A stretch of DNA of 64,000 nucleotides, from positions 25,324-89,323 of the forward strand of contig JAAPAO010000076.1 of assembly GCA_013115145.1 (NCBI GenBank), written 5' to 3'. The notes beneath the pieces are model-generated. The model was not told the origin of the DNA. It searched no databases and was given only the letters and a program-made list of their open reading frames with translations. The stretch's first letter is position 1. Every line of letters starts with the position of its first letter. Below are positions 34,401-47,100 of the stretch, piece after piece. The translations under genes and the position numbers were made by a program. This stretch comes from Perkinsus chesapeaki ATCC PRA-425. Its lineage: Eukaryota; Protista; Perkinsozoa.

Positions 34401-37211
34401 GAATGGGTGGTGTATCTCGTTACGGCTCTGATATAATGCCGGTATTTTTGGTACGACTACTCGGCGTACTGATATCATTTGAGATTGAATGGAGCATCGA
34501 TGTGAAAACGATTTGTCATTGTCAGGCCGATGAGATGGCAAAGCGCTCAAACGGAGAGATATGCAAGGAAGTGTTGGCGGCTTGGAAGAGGAGGGCAGAG
34601 AGAGTTCATGAGGTTGTGGATGTAATAGGGATTATTGACGAGGGACTTTATGCATATTTTATTTTGGAATGCTGTGGCGGCGCCGGCCCAACCTTCATCT
34701 ACAACTATATTCAGTAGAGATGATAGTTCACTTTAATTTTCGGCGCCACCAGTGCTGTATGGGTGACGTGTTCGTTCTGTGTGAGAGGCATTCGTACTGG
34801 TTGCAGGCATTGAACGGGGCGAGTACAGAGGAGTCTTTGACGGCGGTGTTGAGCGAATGTTGTTATGATGAAGATTTGTCGAGGAGAGCTGGATCTGATA
34901 CTTTAAGGAGAGCAAAGGAGAGATTAGCAAGGATTAGGTAGGGATATCTTGGATGTTGTAGGAGTATCTTAAGTTGGTTGGGGTTTTATGTAGGAATATC
35001 TTAGGTTGGTTAGGGTTTTATGTAGGAGTATCTTAGGTTGGTTAAGGTTTTATGTAGGAGTATCTTAGGTTGGTTAGGGTTTTATGTAGGAGTATCTTAG
35101 GTTGGTTAGGGTTTTATGTAGGAGTATCTTAGGTTAGTTAGGGTTTTATGTAGGAGTATCTTAGGTTGGTTAGGGTTTCATGTAGGAGTATCTTAGGTTG
35201 GTTAGGGTTTTATGTAGGAGTATCTTAGGTTGGTTAGGGTTTTATGTAGGAATATCTTAGGTTGGTTAGGGTTTTATGTAGGAATATCTTAGGTTGGTTA
35301 GGGTTTTATGTAGGAATATCTTAGGTTGGTTAGGGTTTTATGTAGGAGTACACGGTATGAGGTTGATCAAGAGTTCATATGGGAGTATCTTAGGTTGAAC
35401 GATGCTATTCGCAAGAGTACCTCAACTCCTTCTGAACTAAGAGATCTCTGGCGTGACGCTGGTCGGCCAGATGATGAAGAAAGTGCTGTCGGCATGCGGG
35501 CATGGAAAAAAGTAAGAAATCGTTCACAACGAGGTTGCGCCGAAATTCCCCTTCAGTCGCTGAAAAGACGAACATTTGGTTGTTGGTTCGAGGAAGCTCA
35601 GGAGCGAGGAGCAATAACTCGCCGGGTAAGAAGGGTTTGTCGAACTGAGAGGGTTAATTTGATAGTACATGTCTTGACTCGGTGCCAACTATGCTATTAA
35701 ATCTTCCTCGAGGAGTTCGGGTTACTGAAATGGGTACGGTTTCAAAATCCGGGTCAAAAACTAACTTGGCATGAAAATGGTGTAGATTCTGATGGATTTG
35801 ATTTTCACAAAGGTCCGCGGTGAACGAGACAATTAGTGTCACAGCGGGGAGTAGCCATTCACCTCGGTACGGATCTGTTATAAGAAATTTACTCGGTGGA
35901 CTCTGCCGCCTACTGTCGTGGTTTAAAATGGCCGCAGCTATACGGTAGAATGAGGGGAGCTTATTGCACAGAACTGATGACATTATACGTGAAAATACGG
36001 GAGATAAATAATCCGCTTATCATTTAACTAAATAGTGATTTCCAAAAAGTATCCAAATTTTCACTCGCTCTTATATTGTGTGTGTCTCTCTCGTCGACTT
36101 GTTGTTGTATTGGTAGGTTCAACGTTGTTTGGGAGACTCGGATGACGTCGGCCTGTTCCATCTAAGAGCCACGCTGGATCTGGCAAAGGACCGCGATATT
36201 AAGGAAAATGATGTTATTATTGAGGCGGAGCGAAGCTTGGCAAAGTAGGACCAGACGAGCGAAAAGGAGTAGTTGGACGAACAGGACCGATCTGTCGATG
36301 GAGTTGTCGCGGTCAATCCCATCGTCGACGACTTTGCGTGCGCTGGTGAGAAGCCCGTGGCTGGATTTGGGTGATCCTGCTGTTGAGGGATTGGTTGATA
36401 GAGCGAGTAGGTGTGGGTTGTTAGAGGCAATGTGAGACATTGTGGGGAATGTAGATACTATAAGAGCTAGCGCGGTGGCGAATAGTGTAGCAGAAAGGGA
36501 GGCAAGGGAATTATTGAGGTAGGCGAGGGTTCAAATCCCTGCATGGGTGTTTTAATCTATTTCAGCATTTGGAAGGACTTTACCAAGGAGAGGGATGGGC
36601 TCCGCAGGAGGCTCATGAAGAGTACAGCGATCGTGAAACTGTTATATTGCTGATCTTCCGTTTTTAGGCCAGGACGTTGATGAGCTGTCGGACTTGGTAA
36701 GGACTCTATCACAACCCGGCAATCGCAATGGTGACCTTCTACAATCGACTGGTGCTAAAGAGAGGCTGATGAAGTTGGAGTGGATAAAACAGGAAAATGA
36801 TGCTAGAAGGAACAAGGTAAGGCGGAGTTACTTCGATGGAGTTGTTCCTTTTTGGTCTTCCTTTTTGGAGGCCCATCTCTTAATGCTAGCAGCAGGCTAG
36901 GCAGTTCACTCAAGGCCTTAGCGATGGCTTTAGGGCCGAAAATATCGGTATCATAGGAGAAAATAAGTGCAAGGAATAGTGGTGTGAAGTTCGGATATTA
37001 CGTTGTTGTTCAGTTTCAACGATTTGAGAAAAAGTGGGACAGCGAGGGTGAGAAGTGGTCGTTGAATTCTGTGAACACTCCACCACCGTCGACACCATCG
37101 ACACTTAATGCATGGCCAGAGGAGAATAGGATGGGCCTTTATTTCAAGACTAGCATGCCAACTATTACGGCTACGTATCCGAGCACACCAGAGAAAAGTA
37201 GAGGTAGATAA
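31480..37211 (+). CDS. Sfi1-like Trp-repeat (putative centrin-binding) helical protein, multi-exon; boundaries approximate
   Basis: Recurrent L-x3-F/L-x2-W-K/R units across exons: CLRLWSMY, SRAFRKWKA, FFELWKRR, LNEAFGVWADW, RRAWRGWKEY, KEVLAAWKRR, KRRTFGCWFE, IWKDF. Confidence 0.6.
33182..33425. repeat. Degenerate 27-bp intronic minisatellite (~9 copies)
   Basis: Consensus TATTGGGAAAATCTTTATAGTGCGTAA, starting just after the GT donor at 33176. Confidence 0.9.
34957..35350. repeat. 32-bp intronic minisatellite (~12 copies) made of repeated splice-acceptor sequence
   Basis: Unit GTTTTATGTAGGAGTATCTTAGGTTGGTTAGG. The last TGTAG (35341-35345) is the in-phase acceptor for the donor at 34938. Confidence 0.95.
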
Positions 37212-39395
37212 GGGAGCTGGTGTGTGAGGAACGGTGTTGTCAGATTCCAAGGGAACTCCCTGTACTATGACGCCGTTCAGTGTGGCATCATTAAAGCATA
37301 TGAACGATGATAGAAGGTGAGTTGTGGTAGATGGACGCATGTGGTTGTGTTTTCTGAAATTTGAATTATCCATCGGACGGACGTACGGGCACTGTGAATG
37401 ATAGAGAACAGCGTGAAAGCCCGAAACTTAACGGCTACGCTTTTCTTGTGGACTGAGGATGAAGCACACTAGGGCAGGAGTACTGTGAATAAGTGCATCT
37501 TTCTTTCAGTCTATCCCCTCCGCTATCTCCCGATTTTCCAGTAAAGTTTTCGACGAGAACCCCGCCAGTCTCACCTCGCTCTACAACTTCGTATACTATG
37601 ACAGATTCCTCGGCCATTTTCGGGCCGCCGGGTAGCAGCTTGTTGAAGCCTCCAATGTCGAGTACCGCGATTCATAGAAGGGATCAGCATGAGCAATATG
37701 AAAGAAGCAAGTTGTTGTTCTCGTCGGAGTAGCAATTCTCTTGAGCTTCGCTTCGCTGTGATTTTGTAAGTTGTCTTGAAAAATGATGTTTTACGTGTCT
37801 GAACCTGGTCGATACAGACCTTCGTTTCACCAAGCCGCCGTTGTTCCCATTGGGTTGCCGCTTCAAGGCGAAGAGGCTTCCTCTTGGTCAGTACACTATT
37901 ATTGTAGTTACATAACGACATTTGCTTCCCTCAACAAATCCTCTTTATCACGTTCCTCAGCTGTTGGGTTATTAACCATTCTTGGAGTTATCACACATAC
38001 ACTTCGGCGTGCCATCGGTCTAAGGTTCTTAATGCACGCCTTCTATTGATAGACTATTTTCAACCGGTGAGTGATGAGAGAAGATTACCATTGTTTTTCC
38101 TGGTAAGTGAGTTCGTTGCTGATTTTTATTAGTGAGTGACTAGCTCAATGTTAAATTTAAACTGAATCGATTGCTCAGTCGGATTTGCTCAAGAAAAAAT
38201 GCACGCTCCTTATGTATCCTTGCTGCTACTTTGCAAGTGGCTCGGAGCGTGAAGCCACGAAGTCGTGTGTTCATGAATTTGTCGTTCAGTCGCCAAGGTC
38301 CTTCGATGAGATACTTCAATTGAGGCCCGGCTATAAGCGAGATCTGATCACCGGGCGGTAGTGGTGGTACATCAAGAACCCCCAGCTGCCCAACAGGGAA
38401 CCACTCCCCCCCTCGGAACGCCGTTGATGTCGGTGAGTCTCCACTGAAGCTACACCTTTTCAATCTCAAATTCGACAAAAGAGGAAGTTGAAGAAACAAT
38501 TTTTCATTGAACAAAAGACCATAATCGTAGAGTATAATTTCAAATTCGTATATGAAACTTGGATGTTCGTAGCTACTCCTAGAATGAAAATTGAAAATCG
38601 TAAAACAAAAATCAGAAATCAAAAACGGAAAGCTGAATGCGTCCAACACAAGGGCAAATTAATAAAACACAAGGCATATTTCAATCGACCCCATTCACCC
38701 CCATCCTCATTCACAGGGCCCTGTGAATGTCTGTTGGGGACACACCATCCTGCATCGCTTACAGCAGTAAGTTCTCACGCAGTCCTGGGACTGCGCGTGA
38801 TGCTTACTGCGACTCTAAGAGCCCAAGTCTGCGGAGGGTGGACTTTCATGGGCTTCGGTGTTGGGGAATGGAATATCACGTTAATGAAGGACAAAAAGAT
38901 CAAAAAGCAGGGATTTAATTTTAATTCACACAGGCATGTGACATGCTTTCAGACGAGTGAGAGTGTGAGCGTGCATTTTATTGAAGCGTGCATCATAGCT
39001 CGAAACCAACTCAGGATTAGACTTCCAGTCATAGCCCTTGTCCCATTGTTGCATTGACATGAAGGCAACGTCCAGTTAATAGTGGAAGCGAGAAGACGAT
39101 AGATATCACCCACAGGAAAGTGTGAACTTCAAGTAGCGGGATACTACTCTATCGCAGTGCGGTCATCGCACGCATCGAATAAATGTGTGTGCCAAACGAT
39201 ACTCTCGCTCCCGGACCTATCAATGAAATGACAACCGTGCTCTTCCAATAGAAGCATTATAAGCCTCCACGATCACTAGCATCGTCGAAAAAGTAAGAAT
39301 GGCGTTCAGGTGACCAGAGTAGTTGCTCAAACGAGTACCGAAGCACCAGTAGAACGACAATTCTCATCACCATCAGTTAGATATTTCAACCTCAT

Positions 39396-39809
39396 TCAGC
39401 AGCTACCCGCTTCAAGGAGTACCGGTTCCTTCAAGAATTCCGTTTTTAATGTGTTTTTCACCTTATCATGTTCGAAATTGTGCAGGTCGCTCAATTCCAT
39501 CTTCAATACTCGACTGCAAAGGTTATTGACGGTCTTCACATACTGTTGATAACGCTTGTCCGAATTTCCACTTATCTTATACCTGTCGGGTTTGGCAGAG
39601 TCGATGCCGAACGGGACCGACTCTATTCTCCTCCCATCACAACGCACGTTCAATTCGATATCTTCTCCAACTTTCACATACAACCAGTGCGTTTCGATGC
39701 ATAGGGTAGGACTGAATCGGTGGAAATATTTGCCTTCAGGTGGGCTTGGCTTGGAGAAGACCACCAGGATGGAGGAGAGCCAAACGATACAGATCCTCAC
39801 AAAGGTCAT
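39396..39809 (-). CDS. Secreted four-cysteine protein, paralog A (137 aa, intronless)
   Basis: Signal peptide, PSPPEGKYF, C-IETHW, C-SRVLKM, C-terminal GSC. Clearly homologous to 42414-42836 and 61156-61563. Confidence 0.85.
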   Translation of the reverse strand: MTFVRICIVWLSSILVVFSKPSPPEGKYFHRFSPTLCIETHWLYVKVGEDIELNVRCDGRRIESVPFGIDSAKPDRYKISGNSDKRYQQYVKTVNNLCSRVLKMELSDLHNFEHDKVKNTLKTEFLKEPVLLEAGSC

Positions 39810-42413
39810 TTACACGAAAATAACTCGTTATCGGATGTTAAATACGTTTGAGCGAGCAGCGCTTTCTCGGTGGTGCGCGCTGGTGCATTGTGGCGGAATC
39901 CTTTAGCGCGTGTTTGGGCATGCGTGCGCAGATACTGTACGCAGTTGTTGGGACACTCATGAACGTCTTGTGGTTGCTCCGTCTGAGCATTAGCCTTCAT
40001 GTTTGAGGCTCAAACAGGAGCAACTTGCTCAAACAGTTTGAGCCCATCCCTTCTCGCCCGGCACGAATGCTGTGCACGCGACGTTCTATCGATAACCGAG
40101 GCTCGGTTTGGGTACAGTACTTTGAGTACCCGATGTAATGGTCCAGATAACTTACGAGTAGTAAGTGCTGGACCAGTCGCGTTAGCACAACACTTTCTCC
40201 AACGAGACTCCTCGTTGGTCGGACCCAAGCGCTTGGAGTAGGAGTATTCAAAAGACACTTGGTTAAGTACTGAAGAGAGTATTAGATATAGCGAATACCC
40301 TCCGCCCAGCGCCCCGCTTGTGTCACATGGCCACCGTGACACTATAAATTGTCTCTAAAATTGCACAGGAGTTGCTTATTTTCAGAAATGATAGTTCTTA
40401 CTGGTAAGCTTAACAGAAATAAAGGGATCAGTAACATTTACGCCCAGTTTGAAGCAGTGAATGGTTATTCAAGAGGCAGCGTGAAATGGTCATTGACCGT
40501 CGATCATTGTCTATACACGGCGCGAGATATTCTTAGCGATCACAACCTTAAATTGCGCGACAAATTTAGGTTTTCCTTAGAGTATACTAATGGGCGTAAC
40601 TCCGACCTAACAAGCTAATTCATTCAAAAGCTCGAACTTTCATTACTAAACGACTTGAGTTTTGTAGCCTTCTTGCTGTCACAGAGTACGTGATCGCCAA
40701 AAGTGACAGTTTCGTGACAATTAAACTTCAACAACCTGGTGTGTCTCATCAAGGCGGATCGTTGGGAAGACACGAGTTGTCAAGAATAGGTTGAATTTTT
40801 GTGGTGCTTTGCTGTGCACCTGGAACGAGGGACAGCTAGTCGGGGGCCTCAGTAGGTATCCACTCACTGCTCGTCACCTCATTCACAGAGTAAAGAAGAG
40901 CCTATGACTATGTATTATCAAGGGTTGTTTGTCAACTCGACACTTATGCCCGAGTGGGGAAAAACTGCTTACAATTTCTGAGTTGGTCTGAAGCTTTTAT
41001 AAGCAATAATCGATTATGGCGCCTATCGCCTGCGTGCGGACCAACTCCCACGCATGCACATGCTACCTTTCTGTCGACAATAGAGAGACAGAGTAGCCCA
41101 ATCTACCAGGGCTCTAATCGAGAAAAATGGATAAATACCACAGCTAGTATAACAGTAGCTCTACTGGCGCCACTGATGTACATAGGAAATATCATATAAA
41201 CATAACCCTTAGTGTTATACCTGTATATCAGCATTTGCTTGTTTACTAAATTCGCCCGTCGTTGAGTTATGAAAATGGTAGCAACAGATAAAAGTACAGC
41301 CCTCCCGAATGAAACATAATAGATTTATTCCGTTTTTAATTATTTCTCGTGTGCAGCATCTGATTGTGGAAATCAGCACACGGTGTGCTATTGAGCGACC
41401 AATGGTCTAACTTGTCATGTTGCTCTGAGACTGCATGTGTACTCTGTAGCAGCGTCGCTTCCACGGAGCACCGGTGTTGCGGATTTTAACGGGGCGTTAG
41501 GATACAAAGGGGACAGTATCAAGTTGATAATGTCAACTGAGAGGTTGAATTAGTCGATTGAATTGAATTTACGCATGCTTTTAGGTGAGTGAAGTCACCT
41601 CAACTGAAGTGTGTGGGTGGCACACACTGGGTACACTTCCCATCTCAACTTGTTTCTATAAATTGAATCGTCCCCGCCGAAAGACAGGTGGCATGAGCAA
41701 CACTGTCACTTCGACAGGGTTGGCAAAGGATGGACTGCTTCTCGGTGACCAGATAGCAGTAGTACACTGCCGACCGGCTGGCTATCCCAGCTCCCATACT
41801 AGTCGGCTGACTTGTACCCTGGCCCTATGGAAAAAAAGAGCCTTGTAGATTCTACAATGTAGAATCAAGTTATTCGACTTCGAAGTCAAATGACTTGACT
41901 CACATCAAACTAAGGAGAAGAATTCTAGCCATGATCCTTGTCTCCGTACTGGATTAACGCAAAGGACAACCTACAGTCGATGGTGGAAACAAGTAGACGA
42001 TGTACCAAAGTGCCAAGCTCCAGAAATGGATTATTCGACTACACGACCCGTCATTCGCGGGCCGTGAACAAGGAGCGTGCGTTAGGTGATATTATCGCTA
42101 CAGGACCCAACAAAAAAATAACAAATGTGCTGCTTACGGGAGCGTTATGAAATCCATAGGCCACCAACACCACGCTCTCAAAAAAAGACATATCCGAATA
42201 GCTTTCGAAATAGAGCTTGAGAAGTAGTAGAATATTCTGCTGAGTTGAACGATGATATCTATCACCATGATACTATCACCATTGGGGAGGGGCTCTCGTT
42301 GAGGATGTCGTCTAATTCAATCGAGTACTACCGGAACTGGGGATGGTGATCCAGGAATACAATTCCAGATAGTATTAGGAGAGACACAACAAGGTTTGAG
42401 CGTAAAATCAGAC

Positions 42414-42836
42414 TCAACAGCTGCCCACTTGGAGAGATACCGGCGAGCCTAAGAATTCCGTTTTCAGTACGTTGCTTTTCTCGTCGTGCTTGAAGATGAA
42501 CAGGTCGCTATACTTCATTTTCAAGATCCTCAAGCAAGCTATATTAACGGCATCCACGAAGGTTTCATAGCTCCTGGTCGAATTGGCAGTTACCATGTAG
42601 ATGTTGGGTCTGAAAAAGTTCAGACGAAGCTCGGCTGACTGTTCACTGGCAGCACCACACTGAACGCTCAAGGCAATATCTGCATCGATCTTCTCATATA
42701 ACCATTCCGTTTCGACACATTTATAAGGACTGTATCGGTTGAAATATTTGCCTGCTGGGGGGCTGGGCTTATTCATTCTTGAGAAGACCATCAGGATGGG
42801 TGTGAGCCATACGATGCATGTATGCACAACGTTCAT
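42414..42836 (-). CDS. Secreted four-cysteine protein, paralog B (140 aa, intronless)
   Basis: ATG 42836. Signal peptide, PSPPAGKYF, CVETEW, CLRILKM, C-terminal GSC. Confidence 0.85.
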   Translation of the reverse strand: MNVVHTCIVWLTPILMVFSRMNKPSPPAGKYFNRYSPYKCVETEWLYEKIDADIALSVQCGAASEQSAELRLNFFRPNIYMVTANSTRSYETFVDAVNIACLRILKMKYSDLFIFKHDEKSNVLKTEFLGSPVSLQVGSC

Positions 42837-42919
42837 TTGTAGAATAATTGGTAATTTACCAATGGTAAACAACTAACAGGATCTAGAGGGACTTCCGAGA
42901 TACCAAATTCGTGGTTTTG

Positions 42920-43527
42920 GCATTGACTTACTACCAGAGAGTCGATGATTCGCCTCCTAATCTCCCGGACCGGGAGGGTGAGGAAAACGAGTATAAACTC
43001 GGAGTTTAAAACTCCTGAACTAAAGTTCAACATCATCTAATTCAAATGAACTAGCGGCGCACCGGAGCAGCGCGAATGTGCGCCAGACTGGTCCGATTGA
43101 CCAAGCAAGAAAAGAAGTGGGAAGCAAGACTCTCCGATGCGACACGCATGCACACGGTCCAACCGTAACGGCTGGAGACAGGGAGCGGGCCGCTCTGAGC
43201 GACTGTCTAAATGGCAGCATGGCACGGCTAGTATCGATCTGCGGTGGTTGGCTGAGCACGGGAATGATAAACGGTTAGCAGGGGGCTTCGCTGGGAATCT
43301 ACCCGCAACTCGTCACCTCGCTACAGAAGAATAATCCTAAGACTTTCGGAATGCTGAAGCATCCCAGAGGATACCATTCCATGGAGCAGTCACCAATGAT
43401 AACCACATCCTTTGTTTCTAAAATGGAGATGGAATTTCCTCGTCCTCGCTTCCTCCAGAAACCCAAATCTGCCGAGTGTCGCTGTTCTGTCTCCATTTGC
43501 GCATTCATGCAACTTGCAGTGTCTGGG
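42920..43527. repeat. 608-bp dispersed repeat, copy 1
   Basis: Direct copy at 61745-62352; 11 substitutions counted by eye, no indels (~98%). Confidence 0.95.
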
Positions 43528-44163
43528 GCAGCCACCGGCTGTTGCGCCACTTGTGCTCCTGTACGCTCCTGTATTGCACTAGCACACTGACAAAGCCATA
43601 AGAATAGTAACATCCAGCAACCACTAGTTGTGTTCTTGATACTAGACCTTCTGGGAGAAGGACGAAGCTCGGCGAATCGTCAGTGACTTCTATTCGATGG
43701 TCGCAAGTTCGATCCCCAGGCCTATCATTTTTTTGCGGAAGACATTTGTTGACCGCAAAGCTTTGGGAGCTGGACGCAGAGTGTTCGTAAAGTGAGAGCA
43801 CACGCTCCGCTTGCTCCGCGATTGGCACACATATAGCGTTCGGCAGAGAGTATACCGTATAGGATATAGCGGACGCCCACTCGAATGATATCATCGGATT
43901 CCTTTATGTGAATCAGATATTCATTCCAAATATGGCCCTACATTATAGTCGTAGATCGGCATTTGCTTTGCTCAGTAAATAAAGGTTATCACAGTAACCT
44001 ATGTTGAGTTATGAAATTGGTAGCATTGTGGAAGAACACACAAAAGCAAACACACAAGTGCATTTGAGTAGATTTCATAGTCTCGCGTATAAGCTCAACT
44101 GTTAAGCTGTTACAGTTGAAGTAGTTCCGTGTGGTATTCCGTTCGGCAGCAGGATAGTTATTA

Positions 44164-47100
44164 ATGTCATCTGCACGAACTGATACAGATCGGCCTGATG
44201 GGGAGCCACTAGAATTGAGGGCGCCACCAGAGCAACTGGAAATAAATGGAGATCGGGACGGCCGAGGGTCGTCATCCTCCTCGACAACTCCACCGCGAAC
44301 TGGCGAACCTCTTCAAGGTGAGAATTGTTTTAACGGAGCGAAGCACTCTCTTTGTTAGGAGCGTCGGAAGGGCTTTTGCGATATCCTGGATTCAAGGCCC
44401 TCACCAGCGGTACGGCCAGACAAGTGGTGTATACCGACCTAGGCGATCCTATCACATCTTTGCACATCGGAGAGTGGGGATTGGCAGCGGGCACCATGCT
44501 TGGTAGGTTTATGCATTAATCTTTATTTGTCCAACTTGTAGTATCTTTCATCGATGAAGTTTGTATGAACTGCTGCTGTGTATTAGGTAAAGTATGGTAT
44601 TATTCATTAGAGCTGGATGAGAGGATACCTCTTGCTGGCTTCTCCGATGATGCCGTGAAAGCTATATATGTTAGAGACCCCTACACAGGTAGGTTATTAC
44701 TGTTATCGGCTACAGTAATAGTAATTGTTAATCAGATGCCAGACGGAGGGACGCTGAAGTTGATGACTTTATCGGTGGCAGTAGCAATTCTGAGGAGGCG
44801 GACATAGAGAATGCTCTTGGGTAGGAATGCGTGCAGCTGTATTGTCGGAGACATTCAACAAGGGCAAGGACGTGTAAACACAACTTGTGCGAACAATGCG
44901 AGTTTGAGCAAAATTTCCGGTGGTGAATTTGAGATGGGAGATTGAGTCTTTTTATGATCCTCAGGAGCAACACTGATGACTTTGCAATTGATGAACTGCG
45001 GCCAACGGCTCCTATAGTGTACGCTACAGTAGGTGACAGTTGTGCTAAGATATTCGATACGGCAGATCCTTCAGAGCAAGTAAGCAATTTGGGCTCGTTA
45101 TGGTGCCATCTTAGCTTTCTAGAGTATCTTCAAGTTTGAGCGGCGGAGCTCTGCATCGGTGAAGTACGTCGTGCAGAGACAAGACAAAGTTGCTATTGTT
45201 TTTCCTGGTGAGCGAGTCCACGGTGGGGAAGGTTGCGTCATCATTTTGCTAAATAGGTATGACAACTTTCATAGACCTTGTCACCGAAAACCAGAACATG
45301 ACGCCTTTTAGATTGCAAGGAACGGATGATGATGTTACTATGGCATGCCCAACGGACATGCGAAATTTGATATTATTGTAAGTAGCACTGGTGTAAGTAT
45401 TACTGACAGTAATACTAACAAGGAGAAGGACATTTTTCTGTTTGAAAGAAATATGTCTACAATTTCTTGTAGGGGAAATGCTGAGCTGAGGTGGCTCTCC
45501 ACTTACCGTAATAGGTGTCACCTACATGTGTGGTTTCCTGGGCGCGCGCGATTGTCGTTATAGCGCGGTTGAATAACCGGCTATTCTTCCGAAGCTAGAG
45601 AGTAGTGCAGAATCACTGCCTGCCTACGAAAGAATAGACTGTATCCTGTGATGTGGGTGGGACTCTTTGGCGTTGGGGGACCTGGTGTGCCTATGTCAGG
45701 AGTAGTCTGCTAGTACTGGGACTCCTCTTACGATAGCCACTCCGGGTCTGCATTTGTAGACTAGGTTAAACTTAGTAGGTTTCATCTAGTTAACCTAGCT
45801 CTACAACTGCCTCTCCCAACCTCAGCGTCTATGGGTTTCCGGTGCGTGCATAGCGGAAAAGACTTCTAAGTTCCGAGATGTAACACTAAGCTTATTCGAA
45901 GAGCAGATCTACTAGCTAAGATCTTTCCATTGATTATCGATTGAGTGGTTCAATGCGAGCCAACCTTTGCGCAAGTACTGATGCTAGCGCGCATTGCGCG
46001 CTGAAATGTCGCGCTACTATGGACGAAAAATGGCTAAAAAATTTTCTTGTCGAGTTAGAGCGGGGCAAGCTCGATTTATGGGTAATCGAGTATGGAGAAT
46101 TCTATAGAAAAGGAATGAGCTCGGAATTCGACATACTTATCGATATTTTCGCCCGCCCAGACCGCGCATCTCTAGATGTCGCGTACTGTACCAGTCGGGC
46201 GGAGCGTGGTTTTAGTAAGCTACTGCCAACCACTGTAGAACTAAGCTTATAATGAGAATGTCAGCCGTGGGCCCATTTGGAAAGTGAACAAATGAAATAG
46301 AATCCAGACAAGTCCGGCACTCGATCTTATGCATGCATGTGCTCGGATCTACCACCATCGGCCTGGTTTATCCCGGCCACCCGTAAATCCCTGAACTTTA
46401 ACGCACGTTTGAGCGCACATGGCTCCGCGGAGCTGTCCACCATTCGAGACCTTTTCTCGACTGTGAACCTGTAAGCTTGTAGAAAGATAATAAGGATTCT
46501 AGAACCGGAAATTATACTGTCATTATGGTGCCACTGTCACCGGATTCGAGAGACTACATAGCAGGGTTACCAAAGTATTACACCGAACCTGTGTTCATTG
46601 ACCTGTTGCCCTGGAACGGGTCGCTGGAGTGGCCTGGCATATCGCAGCTTGCGGTTGCCGCCTAAAATCACAACTGTGTTTTCATTTGCTCGTTCTGAAT
46701 CAACGTAACAAGCTTCGTACTAGAAGGGTGAATCAGAAGCGTGTTGACTAAAACTGAGTGCAGCGCTCGATCTTTTTATACGAGATTGGTCCTTTGATGT
46801 TGTTGAATGTCTTTCAGACTCGTTGAACACTATGATACTAAACCTCCCTGTTTTAAGGTAGTTGATTTGGAGCACGATCAGCAGGTAGGACCGGATGGAC
46901 TTGTTCCAATTCTGCTAAAGGTGTTCTCTGCGGCAGGTGCTCGACTATGCGCAGTTGCCGAGTCGGGGTCGACTTTGCCATTTTATTCGAATTCTTGGTC
47001 CACGGCACCTGGTGTTAGTAGCTGACGGCTGCAAGTTGTGCATTTATAATTTCATAGACAAGAAGACTGAGGTGAGCCTCTCGTCGTTATTGTCGCACTT

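Noticed and set aside
34957-35345. Interstitial telomere
   Set aside because: TTAGG(G) occurs only as part of a 32-bp unit traceable to local exon and acceptor sequence.
33169-35350. Repeat arrays as CRISPR, and the repetitive ORF 33169-33360 as a protein
   Set aside because: Head-to-tail repeats without unique spacers, inside eukaryotic introns, with no cas genes.
36520-36547. GGTTCAAATCC T-loop/B-box suggesting a tRNA
   Set aside because: No acceptor, D or anticodon stems can be formed; it follows a GT donor.
38140-38649. ISL2EU/Harbinger transposase fragment (AARIHKERAF)
   Set aside because: One short motif only, no upstream catalytic Asp motifs, and the ORF's N-terminus is AT-rich non-coding-like sequence.
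43299-43527. Reverse-transcriptase-like reading of the cassette (DLGFW...YPLG)
   Set aside because: Spacing and residues fit poorly, there is no YxDD motif, and the frame closes shortly afterwards.
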